64,000 nucleotides of DNA from an uncultured Sulfitobacter sp. (GTDB lineage: Bacteria > Pseudomonadota > Alphaproteobacteria > Rhodobacterales > Rhodobacteraceae). The stretch lies in assembly GCA_905182645.1 (NCBI GenBank), contig CAJJCJ010000014.1, positions 23,564 to 87,563 on the forward strand. Direction: 5' to 3'. Position 1 is the stretch's first letter, and each line of letters starts with the position of its first letter. The notes beneath the pieces were generated by a model. That model was not told where the DNA came from and made no database searches. It saw only the letters and a program-made list of their open reading frames with translations. Positions 1 through 10,529 of this stretch are shown one piece after another. The translations under genes were made by a program, and so were the position numbers.

Positions 1-1141
1 TGCCCAAACCGGACCCACCGTGATCCTGACAAGAGACCGCAAATTCCGGTCCGATATTGGCCATACCCAGCTCTTCCATACGGGCAGCTGTGATATCCAA
101 GGCTTCCATTCCGTCGCGCATCATCGCAGGGGTGATGGCAGCAACGCCGTGGATTCCTTGCGCCGTTGCAACAGCTTCGGCAGCCAACATCGCGGCGTAC
201 ATGCCACGTGTATAAAGCACTGTACCAATGTTAGAACCGTCACCAGCAGCGTTGCCAGCATCATGCACAAGTGTGCGGATGTCGTCGAACACAGGCAAGC
301 TTGCATCAATCCGGTTCATGTTCAGCGACTTGTAACCGTTCGCCGCATCACCCGCAGGTATCACGTCATGCTCGGCACCAGCCCACCAGTTACCGATGAA
401 GTTTTCCATCGGAAAGCCAATGTTGGCGGCTTCTTGCACAGCCACTTGGTTCATCACACCCCAACCCCACATCAGGACATAATCAGGACGCTCACGACGG
501 ATTTGAAGCCACTGTGATTTTTGCTCCTGACCGGGGTGGTCAACGGCCAATTGTGTCAACTCAAAACCGTACTGCGCCGACAGGTTTTCCAGCGTGCGGA
601 TAGGTTCCTTACCGTAAGCAGAGTTATGATAGACAAGAGCGATATTTTTGCCATCAAGCGATCCACCGTTTTCATCCAGCAAATAGTTCACCATCACAGA
701 TGCAGCATCCCAATAGTTGGCAGGATAGTTGAACACCCAGTTGAACACTTCGCCATTGGCAGCCGACGTGCGGCCATAACCCATAGTGTGCAATGGAATT
801 CCATCTGCGGTTACTTTCGGGATAAGTTGATATGTGATGCCCGTGGAAAGTGGTTGATAAATCAACGCGCCTTCGCCCTTGGTGGACTCGTAACATTCAA
901 CACCCTTCTCGGTGTTGTATCCTGTTTCACATTCCAAAATGCGGAACATCTCACCGCCAACGCCACCATCACGGGCATTCAGCATGTTGAAATAGTCCTG
1001 ATACCCATCCGAAACTGGTGTTCCGCCAGCCGCATAAGGGCCAGTGCGATAGGACAAATCAGGAATGACCAGCTCGGCCAAAGCGGGGCCTGCGGCCAGC
1101 GTGCCCGCAAGGGCCATCGCTGCAAGTGTCTTAAGTTTCAT
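1..1141 (-). CDS. Branched-chain amino acid-type (Liv family) ABC transporter substrate-binding protein, 3' end runs off the window
   Basis: Manual minus-strand translation from ATG at 1141 gives MKLKTLAAMALAGTLAAGPALAELVIPDLSYRTGPYAAGG (signal peptide). SD GGAGG lies upstream and the gene follows the LivM-like permease. It is not in the ORF track because its stop is outside the window. Confidence 0.85.
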   Translation of the reverse strand, partial: MKLKTLAAMALAGTLAAGPALAELVIPDLSYRTGPYAAGGTPVSDGYQDYFNMLNARDGGVGGEMFRILECETGYNTEKGVECYESTKGEGALIYQPLSTGITYQLIPKVTADGIPLHTMGYGRTSAANGEVFNWVFNYPANYWDAASVMVNYLLDENGGSLDGKNIALVYHNSAYGKEPIRTLENLSAQYGFELTQLAVDHPGQEQKSQWLQIRRERPDYVLMWGWGVMNQVAVQEAANIGFPMENFIGNWWAGAEHDVIPAGDAANGYKSLNMNRIDASLPVFDDIRTLVHDAGNAAGDGSNIGTVLYTRGMYAAMLAAEAVATAQGIHGVAAITPAMMRDGMEALDITAARMEELGMANIGPEFAVSCQDHGGSGLG

Positions 1142-1212
1142 CGGTATATCCTCCCAAGGTTTCCGATAGTTTCATGTGCTGGGGGCAACCCCAACCGTAG
1201 ATCCTGCGCCCG

Positions 1213-2289
1213 TTAATACGGAAACGGCCACAGGCGTAATTTCTCTTTGGCAATGCGCCAGAACTGGGCCAAACCATGCGGCTCTTTAATCAGGAAAAAC
1301 ATGATCAGCGCGCCGATAATCACCAACTGCAGATGTGCCACGATATCCGTGGGCCAGCCCAACAGATCAACGCCAATCACCTTCAATGCGACTGGCAACA
1401 GCACAAGGAACCCAGCTCCGGCAAAGCTGCCAAAAATGGATCCAAGCCCGCCGATGATCACCATGAACAGCACCAAAAACGATTTTTGAATGCCAAAGGC
1501 CTCGCCGACTTCAACAGCGCCTAGGTAAACCGAAAAGAACAGCGCGCCCGATATCCCAATAAAGAACGACGACACCGCAAACGCGGTCAGCTTGGCTTGC
1601 AACGGGTTCACGCCGATGATCTCGGCGGCGATATCCATATCCCGAATGGCCATCCATTTACGGCCCATGGTGCCGCGGGTCAGGTTGCGCGCAATGATCG
1701 CGCAAACGGTCACAAAAACCAAACAGATCATATATTTTGCCCACGCATCCGTATTCGGCCCTGTCACAGCAATACCACCGACAAACCGTTCCGGAGCGTT
1801 GATCTGACCAGAGGCAGAATAGTTGTAAAACCATGCGACCTTGTTGAACAACCAAACAAGGAAAAACTGCGCCGCCAGCGTGGCCACGGCCAGATAAAAC
1901 CCTTTAATCCGTAAACTTGGCAGGCCAAAGGCCGCCCCAACAACGGCGGTGATCCCACCGGCCAATATGACATGGATTACGACAGATACATCCGGGAACG
2001 ACGTCATCAGCTTGTACATCGCATAAGCCCCGACAGCCATAAAGCCGCCCGTACCAAGGCTAACTTGCCCGCAATATCCGGTCAGAATATTCAGCCCAAT
2101 CGCGGCAATCGTGTAAATTAGAAACGGCACCAAAATCGCGTTGGCCCAATAATCGTTGATGATGAACGGGATGACCAAATAGGCAACAGCAAGCATCGCC
2201 CAAAACCTATAGCGGTCAAACTTAATCGGGAACGTCTGACTGTCCGCCTCATACGAGGTCTTAAAATCTCCGGCTTCACGATAAAACAT
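1213..2289 (-). CDS. Branched-chain amino acid ABC transporter permease (LivM-like)
   Basis: Hydrophobic 358 aa with GLNILTGYCGQVSLG and MVIIGGLGS motifs. Confidence 0.9.
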   Translation of the reverse strand: MFYREAGDFKTSYEADSQTFPIKFDRYRFWAMLAVAYLVIPFIINDYWANAILVPFLIYTIAAIGLNILTGYCGQVSLGTGGFMAVGAYAMYKLMTSFPDVSVVIHVILAGGITAVVGAAFGLPSLRIKGFYLAVATLAAQFFLVWLFNKVAWFYNYSASGQINAPERFVGGIAVTGPNTDAWAKYMICLVFVTVCAIIARNLTRGTMGRKWMAIRDMDIAAEIIGVNPLQAKLTAFAVSSFFIGISGALFFSVYLGAVEVGEAFGIQKSFLVLFMVIIGGLGSIFGSFAGAGFLVLLPVALKVIGVDLLGWPTDIVAHLQLVIIGALIMFFLIKEPHGLAQFWRIAKEKLRLWPFPY

Positions 2290-2303
2290 GGCAGCCTCCT
2301 ACA

Positions 2304-3299
2304 TTAAACCCGTTCAATGATCTTCTCCCCAAACAGACCCTGTGGGCGGAACACGAGGAAGATAAGCGCCAATACATAGGCGAACCAGTTTTCAGTCGCG
2401 CCGCCGATCATGCCGCCAATGGTATATTCAAACAGCTTTTCACCCACACCGATGATTAGGCCACCAACAATGGCCCCCGGAATGGACGTAAACCCACCCA
2501 GCATCAGTACCGGTAGGGCCTTTAGCGCGATCAACGACAGCGAGAACTGCACGCCAGATTTCGCGCCCCACATGACACCCGCCACCAGAGCCACAAGCCC
2601 CGCCAACGACCACACAAGCACCCAAATAAAATTGAGGGAGATACCAACCGACAGGGCCGCTTGGTGATCATCGGCCACAGCACGCATCGCGCGGCCTTGC
2701 TTGGAATACTGCGCAAACGCGATCAGGCTCATCACAAGGATCGCCGCCACGACAGTCGCGACCATATCCAGCTTATCTATAAAGAAGCCGTAGAAATCAT
2801 TGCCGCCAAGGCCAGACGTCATATCCTCGATCCAGCGCGATCCACCCTGCGGCAAGCCTACTTTCAAGGTCTTGATATCGGACCCCCACATCAGATCACC
2901 CATACCTTCAAGGAAATACGCGAGGCCAATGGTCGCCATGAACAAAATGATCGGCTCTTGGCCGACCAGATGTCGGAAAACGAACTTTTGTACGGCCCAA
3001 GCAAAGGCAACCATCACACATAGCGTCAGGAAAATCGCCAACAACGCGGGTACATGCCAGCCAAAATGATGGATCTTGGTGCCAAAGATCGCGTTTATTA
3101 TATGGGAAAACGGCACTTGGCCTTCCATGATTCCGACCAATGTTAGGGCTGCGAACAAGGCCATGACGCCTTGGGCATAGTTAAAGATGCCCGACGCCTT
3201 GAAGATTAACACAAAACCCAATGCGACCAGCGCATAAAGCACCCCGGCCATCAGGCCGTTTAGAATGACCTCGATGCCATATAGAAAATCAGCCGACAT
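2304..3299 (-). CDS. Branched-chain amino acid ABC transporter permease (LivH-like)
   Basis: YALVALGFVLIFKASGIFNYAQG and GRAMRAVADD motifs. Confidence 0.9.
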   Translation of the reverse strand: MSADFLYGIEVILNGLMAGVLYALVALGFVLIFKASGIFNYAQGVMALFAALTLVGIMEGQVPFSHIINAIFGTKIHHFGWHVPALLAIFLTLCVMVAFAWAVQKFVFRHLVGQEPIILFMATIGLAYFLEGMGDLMWGSDIKTLKVGLPQGGSRWIEDMTSGLGGNDFYGFFIDKLDMVATVVAAILVMSLIAFAQYSKQGRAMRAVADDHQAALSVGISLNFIWVLVWSLAGLVALVAGVMWGAKSGVQFSLSLIALKALPVLMLGGFTSIPGAIVGGLIIGVGEKLFEYTIGGMIGGATENWFAYVLALIFLVFRPQGLFGEKIIERV

Positions 3300-3310
3300 T
3301 GTTGTCTCCC

Positions 3311-4120
3311 TTAATCATGGGCCACGCCCAGATAAGCATCGATTACCTCTTGATTGCCGCGCACCTCGTCTGGTGTGCCATCACCAATCTTACGACCATA
3401 ATCCATCACGACCACACGGTCTGACAGGTCCATGACCACGCCCATGTCATGCTCAATAAGCGCAATCGTGGTTCCAAATTCGTCGTTCACATCAAGAATA
3501 AAGCGGCTCATGTCCTCTTTTTCCTCGACGTTCATGCCCGCCATCGGCTCGTCCAACAGCAACAGCTTTGGCTCTGCGGCCAAGGCACGAGCCAGCTCGA
3601 CACGCTTCTTCAGACCGTAAGGCAACCGACCCACAGGGGTTTTGCGAATGGCCTGAATTTCAAGAAAATCAATTATACGCTCAACAGCCTCGCGGTTTTC
3701 GACCTCTTCACGCTGCGCTGCACCATGCCAGATCGCCTGCGAAAAAATGCCGGTCTTCATATGAGTCAATCGACCGCACATGATATTGTCCAAAACAGAC
3801 ATACCCTCAAACAGAGCGATATTTTGGAACGTACGGGCGATGCCTTGGCGCGCAACATCATAAGGCCGCATTGTCGGGCGCTTGGCGCCACGGAACCAAA
3901 CCTCGCCATCTTGCGGATGATAAAACCCCGAGATGACATTCAACATCGACGACTTACCTGCGCCGTTTGGGCCGATAATCGCGCGGATTTCACCCTCGCG
4001 AATGTCAAAGCTGATGTTCTTGATCGCCTCGACACCACCAAATCGTAAGGTGATGCCGCGCATATCCATCAGCACACCGCCAATCGTGCGGCCGTCTGGC
4101 GTGATATAACTATCTTTCAT
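3311..4120 (-). CDS. ABC transporter ATP-binding protein (LivG-like)
   Basis: Walker A GPNGAGKS, Walker B LLLLDEP, H-loop IEHDM. Confidence 0.92.
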   Translation of the reverse strand: MKDSYITPDGRTIGGVLMDMRGITLRFGGVEAIKNISFDIREGEIRAIIGPNGAGKSSMLNVISGFYHPQDGEVWFRGAKRPTMRPYDVARQGIARTFQNIALFEGMSVLDNIMCGRLTHMKTGIFSQAIWHGAAQREEVENREAVERIIDFLEIQAIRKTPVGRLPYGLKKRVELARALAAEPKLLLLDEPMAGMNVEEKEDMSRFILDVNDEFGTTIALIEHDMGVVMDLSDRVVVMDYGRKIGDGTPDEVRGNQEVIDAYLGVAHD

Positions 4121-4183
4121 GGAAAATCTCCACAGATGATGGGATGGCGGGTGGGGCGACGTGCTTGCACGAGCGACAATCCG

Positions 4184-6124
4184 TCATGCCGCCACCTGCT
4201 CGGCAGCAACCACAGCATCGCGCAAATCCAACGTCGCTGTAATCTGGCCCTTGCGACCATCCTCATATGTGACTTCCGTTTCGGTATAAACGTCGGTCGC
4301 ATCGCTATAAAGTGCGGCAATCAAATCAGAAAACTTATCAGCAATCACAGCGCGGCGCACCTTGCGCGTGCGGGTCATTTCACCGTCATCGGCATCCAGT
4401 TCCTTATGCAACACAAGGAACCGGTGTATCTGGCAGCCTGCCAACATCGGATCAGACGCAACGGACGTGTTCACCTCTGACACATGCGCCTCGATCTGGC
4501 CCAAGACCTGCGGATGCTGTGACAATTCCTGATACGATGAATAAGCAATGTTGTTGCGCTCAGCCCAATTGCCCACCGCAGTCAGGTCAATGTTGATAAA
4601 TGCGGTGCAGTATTCACGCCCTGCACCAAACACGACCGCCTCTAGGATATTGGGATAAAATTTCAGCTTGTTCTCGACGTACTTCGGCGCAAACAAACGG
4701 CCATCGACCATTTGGCCAACATCTTTGGCACGATCAATGATACGCAAATGACCCGAGCCTTCCTCGATAAATCCAGCATCGCCCGTCGCAACCCAGCCCT
4801 CAGTATCCTTGGTCGATGCGGTGCTTTCAGGGTTTTTATAATACGACATGAACGTGCCAGGTGACCTGTAAAACACCTCGCCATTTTCAGCGATCTTTAA
4901 CTCCACACCAGGGCTAGGGACACCAACAGTATCAGACCGGACCTCACCATCAGGTTGCTGGGTGATAAACACCGTCGCCTCGGTCTGGCCGTAAAGCTGC
5001 TTAAGATTAATCCCAAGCGAGCGGTAAAAATCGAATATCTCGGGCCCAATCGCCTCGCCTGCCGTATACCCAACGCGCACACGGCTAAGGCCAAGCGTAT
5101 TTTTCAGCGGACCAAACACAAACAGGTTGCCCAGCGCATACCGCAACCGATACAACCCGCCCACGGGTTTGCCGTCTAACAGATCAGGGCCAACGCGGTG
5201 GGCGACGGCCATGAAATGATCAAACAGCCATTTCTTGACGCGCCCCGCATCCTCCATGCGGATCATGACTTGGGTCAACTGAGTTTCAAACACACGCGGT
5301 GGCGCAAAATAATACGTCGGACCAATCTCGCGCAAATCGGTCATCATTGTGGCCTCGGATTCAGGGCAATTGACGCAGAACCCTGTCCACATGGATTGAC
5401 CGATCGAAAAGATAAAATCGCCAACCCACGCCATCGGAAGATAGGCCAAAACCTCTTCGCCAACGCGCAGCCCGTCAAAGTCAGATGAATTTTTGGATGT
5501 CTCGATCACATTTCGGTTGGACAACACAACGCCTTTGGGGCGGCCAGTGGTGCCAGACGTATACAGCATCACACATGTATCATCGTAACCGCGTGCGGCA
5601 GACAATTCATCCAGACGCACCGACAATTCGGCAGCACGGCCAGCGGCTTGCACATCACCATAGCTGGTCATGGCGCCGTGGTCATATTTGCGCAGACCGC
5701 GCCCATCCAGATAGATAATATGCTCTAATTCAGTCAGGCCCTCACGGATATCCGCGATCTTATCGACCTGCTCTTGGTCGCTGACAACGGCAAAGCGGGC
5801 ACCACAATGGTCCAGCGCATAGGCCATCTCTTCTGCGGCGGCATCTGAATACATCGGAACGGGGACACAGCCGATACGCTGCGCAGCAACCATCGCCCAA
5901 TACAGCGCAGGACGGTTCCGGCCCACAATCGCGATATGATCGTCAGGCACAGCACCAAGGGTCAGCAACCCTGCGGCTAACGCGTCGATCTCGGCGGCGG
6001 CTTGTGTCCAAGTCCAGCTTTGCCAGATGCCAAATTCTTTTTCGCGGTACGCAGGCTTGTCACCAAACGATGCCACGTTGCGCGCTAAAAGCGCTGGAAT
6101 AGAATGCAGCTGATCTGCTGTCAT
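4184..6124 (-). CDS. Long-chain fatty acid-CoA ligase (AMP-binding family)
   Basis: YTSGTTGRPKG, YGQTE and ATGD...IIDRAKD adenylation motifs. Confidence 0.9.
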   Translation of the reverse strand: MTADQLHSIPALLARNVASFGDKPAYREKEFGIWQSWTWTQAAAEIDALAAGLLTLGAVPDDHIAIVGRNRPALYWAMVAAQRIGCVPVPMYSDAAAEEMAYALDHCGARFAVVSDQEQVDKIADIREGLTELEHIIYLDGRGLRKYDHGAMTSYGDVQAAGRAAELSVRLDELSAARGYDDTCVMLYTSGTTGRPKGVVLSNRNVIETSKNSSDFDGLRVGEEVLAYLPMAWVGDFIFSIGQSMWTGFCVNCPESEATMMTDLREIGPTYYFAPPRVFETQLTQVMIRMEDAGRVKKWLFDHFMAVAHRVGPDLLDGKPVGGLYRLRYALGNLFVFGPLKNTLGLSRVRVGYTAGEAIGPEIFDFYRSLGINLKQLYGQTEATVFITQQPDGEVRSDTVGVPSPGVELKIAENGEVFYRSPGTFMSYYKNPESTASTKDTEGWVATGDAGFIEEGSGHLRIIDRAKDVGQMVDGRLFAPKYVENKLKFYPNILEAVVFGAGREYCTAFINIDLTAVGNWAERNNIAYSSYQELSQHPQVLGQIEAHVSEVNTSVASDPMLAGCQIHRFLVLHKELDADDGEMTRTRKVRRAVIADKFSDLIAALYSDATDVYTETEVTYEDGRKGQITATLDLRDAVVAAEQVAA

Positions 6125-6269
6125 GTGAAACGATCCTCCCCCGTCGACCTAAACCAACACCGGGACCGAAATCACACCAACGCGATACCTGCCCCAACAA
6201 CTATACTGTCGCGGGGGTAAGCCATCCGTCAAATCATTTTTTGAACAAGCGTTCAGTTAATGTAAATTT

Positions 6270-6557
6270 CTAGTAAAACAACGAAAGATTGTTGATCAAA
6301 ATTATGCGGATCACCTCTAGTCCCAGCAGTGCCGCGATTGGTGACAGGTCAATCCCACCCATATTCGGCAGAAAGCGACGGATCGGTCCATAAATCGGCT
6401 CCAGAATACGTTGTAAAGTATGCCAGATTTGCCCGACCAACGGCTGACGGACGTTCAACACTTCAAAGCTGATCAGCCAGCTCATGATAAAGTAGGTGAA
6501 AATTAGGGTGCGGGCGACGCCTAGCAGCAGCATCAGGATATCAAACAAAGATTGCAT
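6270..6557 (-). CDS. YggT family membrane protein
   Basis: EPIYGPIRRFLPNMGGIDLSPI signature. Confidence 0.88.
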   Translation of the reverse strand: MQSLFDILMLLLGVARTLIFTYFIMSWLISFEVLNVRQPLVGQIWHTLQRILEPIYGPIRRFLPNMGGIDLSPIAALLGLEVIRIILINNLSLFY

Positions 6558-6639
6558 CTCGGGCCTTTCAATAGGTTTACGCGTATCTATGTGCTGATCA
6601 GCGTCCCGACAAGAGACACCTTACCCTTAGGTAACAAGT

Positions 6640-6653
6640 TGACGTTAACGTCA
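6640..6653. promoter_or_regulatory. Perfect 14-bp palindrome TGACGTTAACGTCA, candidate LiuR-type (MerR family) operator
   Basis: The palindrome is seen directly and overlaps a TTGACG -35-like hexamer ~40 bp upstream of the thioesterase ATG. It resembles the ACGT-NN-ACGT LiuR motif; the regulator identity is inferred. Confidence 0.5.
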
Positions 6654-6692
6654 CTTCACCTATGTAAAACTAAACATCAGCAAAGTAGTCCC

Positions 6693-7232
6693 ATGTATCC
6701 TTTCATCCGCCTCGCCAAAGAACTGTTCATTCATCGCAATGCACCCGCCCTGCCGATCACTGGCACGCATGTGTCGTACCACCGCTGTTGGCCGCAAGAC
6801 CTTGATGCATTCATGGAAATGAACAATGGGCGCATTCTGACAATCCTTGACCTGGGGCGCACTGTGTTGGCGCAGCGGTCTGGCTTGCTTGGCGCGCTTA
6901 AGGCCAAAGGCTGGGGGCTGACCATGGCAGGTAACTCTGTGCGTTACCGCAAGCGGATCAGGCCCTTCGTGCGGTTCAAGCTGGTCAGTCAGGCGATCGG
7001 ATGGGACGCGCGGTTCGCGTATCTTGAACACAACATCTGGATTGGCGGCGAATGTGCGGTCCAAGCGCTATTTCGCGCCGCCGTCACCGACAAAAACGGA
7101 ATTGTCGGACCAGAGCGGATCATTGAAGCGATGGGCCAAGACGTCACATCGCCCGCCCTGCCCGATTGGGTGCAAAACTGGATCGATGCCGATGCGACAC
7201 GAGTTTGGCCGCCACAGCTGGGCCAAGATTAA
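6693..7232 (+). CDS. Acyl-CoA thioesterase (hotdog fold, 4HBT-like)
   Basis: CWPQDLDAFMEMNNGRILTILDLGR motif; start reassigned to MYPFIRL. Confidence 0.82.
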   Translation: MYPFIRLAKELFIHRNAPALPITGTHVSYHRCWPQDLDAFMEMNNGRILTILDLGRTVLAQRSGLLGALKAKGWGLTMAGNSVRYRKRIRPFVRFKLVSQAIGWDARFAYLEHNIWIGGECAVQALFRAAVTDKNGIVGPERIIEAMGQDVTSPALPDWVQNWIDADATRVWPPQLGQD

Positions 7233-7312
7233 CGCAAGGGCAGGCAACGTTTGCTTGCCACTGCCGCCAAATACTGTGTCTTATTACCGCAGGGGAATAA
7301 GGGGACGGATAC

Positions 7313-8689
7313 ATGGCCATCACGCAAAAGAAACGCATCTGGGGCTGGATGGCCTTTGATTGGGCAACGCAGCCATTTTACACGCTTGGCCTGACGTTCA
7401 TCTTTGGCCCCTATTTCGCGGCTGTTGCTGCTGAATATTACCTTGGTTCGGGCATGTCCGCGGATGCGGCTGACGCACAAGCGCAATCAATCTGGGGCGT
7501 TGGGCAAACCATTTCAGGTATCCTGATCGCCATTTCTGCGCCCATACTTGGGGCATTAGCAGATACCTCTGGGCGCAAAATGCCGTGGATCGCGTTCTTT
7601 TCCATTATCTACGTGGTCGCAACCGCGATGCTATGGGGACTGACACCCGACGGGGCAAACCTGCTGTGGATGCTATTCATCTTTTACGTCGGCTTCTTTG
7701 CTGCCGAAAGTGCGTTGAATTTCGTGAACGCAATTTTACCATCGCTTGGCACCAACGAAGAAGTCGGGCGGATATCAGGATCAGGCGCCGCGTTTGGCTA
7801 TTGGGGCGGCGTGGTATCACTGTTCGCCATGCTTTTGCTATTGGCCGAAAGCGATGCAGGCGTGACCCTATTGGGCAACCCACCGCTGTTTGGCCTCGAC
7901 CCTGACATGCGCGAAGGCACACGGTCCGTTGGTCCGTTCATCGCCATCTGGTTCGCCATTTTCATGATCCCATTCTTCCTCTGGGTCCGCGACACGCCAT
8001 CTGCCAAAGACACGAAACCGGCGTTGGGCACCGCACTCGCAAACCTGTGGGTGACGTTGAAATCCGTCTACAAACGCAAAAGCCTATTTAACTTTCTGCT
8101 CGGTTCCATGGTCTACCGCGACGCGCTGAATGCGCTTTATGCATTTGGCGGCGTTTATGCAGCGCTGGTGCTCGATTGGGAGACGATCCAGATCGGCGTA
8201 TTTGGGATTATTGCTGCCATTGCAGCCGCGATCGCGACTTGGATCGGCGGGCTTTGCGATCAACGCTATGGGCCAAAACCGGTGATCCGCGTCTGCGTTT
8301 GGGTTCTGATCAGCGTGTCCACAATCATCGTTGGCATGTCACGCGAACAGGTGTTTGGGGTTCCACTGGCCGCGGGTTCAAACATTCCCGACATTATCTT
8401 CTTTGTATGCGGTGCAGGTATCGGCGGCGCGGGTGGCGCACTTTATGCAGCGTCACGGTCTATGATGGTCCGGCACGCACATCCACAGCGCCCGACCGAG
8501 GCCTTCGGCCTTTTCGCGCTGACAGGCAAAGCCACTGCATTCCTAGCACCTGCTTTGATCACCCTGTTCACCGTCATCAGCGGAAACACGCAGCTTGGCT
8601 TCCTTCCCGTGATCTTCCTATTTATTATTGGACTGATCTTGCTACGGTGGGTCAACAAAGACGGAGACAGTGCAGAATGGTCCGCCTAA
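7313..8689 (+). CDS. MFS transporter (UMF1/Atg22-like)
   Basis: WGWMAFDWATQPF N-terminus, ~12 hydrophobic segments, FGLFALTGKATAF. Confidence 0.85.
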   Translation: MAITQKKRIWGWMAFDWATQPFYTLGLTFIFGPYFAAVAAEYYLGSGMSADAADAQAQSIWGVGQTISGILIAISAPILGALADTSGRKMPWIAFFSIIYVVATAMLWGLTPDGANLLWMLFIFYVGFFAAESALNFVNAILPSLGTNEEVGRISGSGAAFGYWGGVVSLFAMLLLLAESDAGVTLLGNPPLFGLDPDMREGTRSVGPFIAIWFAIFMIPFFLWVRDTPSAKDTKPALGTALANLWVTLKSVYKRKSLFNFLLGSMVYRDALNALYAFGGVYAALVLDWETIQIGVFGIIAAIAAAIATWIGGLCDQRYGPKPVIRVCVWVLISVSTIIVGMSREQVFGVPLAAGSNIPDIIFFVCGAGIGGAGGALYAASRSMMVRHAHPQRPTEAFGLFALTGKATAFLAPALITLFTVISGNTQLGFLPVIFLFIIGLILLRWVNKDGDSAEWSA

Positions 8690-9588
8690 GCCTGACAGTC
8701 GCCCTTATTACCGGCCTCGCTGCATGCGACGGAGACAAAGAACCAGCGCAGATCGCTAAGGCCAGCATCAGCGCGCAAAATGCGGGTGACGATCGCGTGG
8801 CCAAGGACCTGTTTGGATATGTCCCGACGGGATCATCCCAGCCGGCGCAACCCATCGGTGGATACGCGCGTGGCTGCCAAGCAGGAGCCGTGCAACTGCC
8901 TGAAACGGGCGCAACATGGCAAGCGATGCGCCTGTCGCGCAACCGCAACTGGGCACAGCCTCGGACGGTTGATTTCATCCAAGACCTGTCACGCTTTGCC
9001 GCGACACTCCCTGGTTGGGACGGGCTTTATGTTGGTGACATGAGCCAGCCGCGCGGCGGTCCCATGTTAACCGGCCACGCCAGCCATCAATCTGGCCTTG
9101 ATGTTGATATCTGGATGCTTTCGCCCAGCCAGTTGGACCTGAACACCCAAGACCGCGAAGACCTGTCGTCCATTTCCATGCGCCGCGCGTCTGGCGCATT
9201 TACCAACAGCAGCTGGACCCCTCAGCACGAAGCAATCCTAAAAGCCGCTGCCTCTGACCCACGCACCGCACGGATATTCGTCTTTCCAGGAGCAAAGGTC
9301 GAGATGTGTAAAAACGCGACCGGTGACCGCAGTTGGCTCAATAAAATCCGGCCTTGGTGGGGGCATCATTACCACTTCCATGTGCGCCTGAAATGCGCTG
9401 CTGGGGAAGCAACTTGCACCAACCAAGCGCCGCCACCTGCAGGCGACGGCTGCGCAGATGCAGAGGGCTGGGTCGACCGCATTTTGAACCCACCACCACC
9501 AGATCCAAACGCCACACCAAGCCCAAGACGCGGACCACTGACAATGGCGCAGCTGCCAGGTCAGTGCTTGAGCGTGCTCAACAACTAA
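8677..9588 (+). CDS. mepA: Penicillin-insensitive murein endopeptidase
   Basis: Lipobox LAAC, RLSRNRNW, GDMSQPRGG, HASHQSGLDVDIW, HHYHFHVR. Start reassigned to MVRLSL. Confidence 0.9.
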   Translation: MVRLSLTVALITGLAACDGDKEPAQIAKASISAQNAGDDRVAKDLFGYVPTGSSQPAQPIGGYARGCQAGAVQLPETGATWQAMRLSRNRNWAQPRTVDFIQDLSRFAATLPGWDGLYVGDMSQPRGGPMLTGHASHQSGLDVDIWMLSPSQLDLNTQDREDLSSISMRRASGAFTNSSWTPQHEAILKAAASDPRTARIFVFPGAKVEMCKNATGDRSWLNKIRPWWGHHYHFHVRLKCAAGEATCTNQAPPPAGDGCADAEGWVDRILNPPPPDPNATPSPRRGPLTMAQLPGQCLSVLNN

Positions 9589-10438
9589 ATGCGCCAGACC
9601 CTGTTTATCTTGGCGCTGCTTGCAGGCTGTGGGCCGTTGTCCACAGGACCGAATGATTTTTCGCGGTTCGCTTGGACCAATGCAGACGACCGTTTTGGCG
9701 GACTGTCCGGATTGGACTATGTCCGATGATGGCACCAGCTTTACCGCGATTGGCGACCGCGGGGTATTTGTGACGGGGCAAATCATACGGGATGCAAACG
9801 GCGATATCAGCGGTATCACAAGCACCGAAGTCAAACCGTTATTACCGCCACTCGGATCAAAGACGCCTGACAGCGAAGGCATCGCGATTGGCGCTAGTGG
9901 GGACATCTATGTGTCGGTCGAAGCAAAGCACCGCGTCCTTGCATTTGACAGCCTCGACGCCACGTCCGCGCGCATTGCCACGCCATCCTGACTTTGCAGG
10001 GATGCAAGCAAACAGCTCGCTAGAAGCGCTCGCGATCGACGCGGACGGCACGCTTTACACAATCCCCGAACGGTCGGGTCGGGCGACGCGCCCCTTCCCT
10101 GTTTACCGGCTCAAAGACGGCGACTGGGATGTCCCGTTTCGCATCCCAAGACGTGGAAATTTTTTGATCTCGGGCGCTGACATCGGGCCCGACGGGCGGT
10201 TCTATATCCTAGAACGGCATTTCACCGGACGAGGGTTCCAATCCCGCGTGCGCAGGTTCGATCATGTCCGGCGGGTCAGAGGTCACGCTGATTGGAAACA
10301 CCCACCGGGACGCACGACAACCTTGAAGGGATCAGCGTCTGGGCCTCGTCCACTGGGTTGCGGATGACGCTGGTATCCGACGACAACTTCAGATTTTTCC
10401 AACGCACTGAACTGGTTGAATACGCGATCAGTAATTGA
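9589..10438 (+). pseudogene. Esterase-like activity of phytase family lipoprotein, broken by several frameshifts (possibly sequencing errors)
   Basis: Family-like pieces lie in different frames: [68 protein letters not shown]...ELVEY. Confidence 0.7.
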
Positions 10439-10529
10439 CGCGCGCAATGCAAGCGACTAACCCGCCCAAGTCCGCGGATTGGCTGCGGAACAAGTGCCGC
10501 ACCCTTGCAAAAACGGAAAATGTAATAAA

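Noticed and set aside
20-1216. Plus-strand ORFs 20..517 and 521..1216
   Set aside because: These are antisense shadows of the minus-strand ABC substrate-binding protein gene.
8176-8676. Long N-terminal extensions in the ORF track (mepA; likewise recQ, RpiR, amidohydrolase, RluA)
   Set aside because: They overlap neighbouring genes or promoters. Downstream starts with better SD or signal-peptide context fit the families.
9589-10438. Programmed frameshifting in the phytase-like esterase gene
   Set aside because: There are several scattered indels without a consistent slippery site, so decay or sequencing error is more likely.
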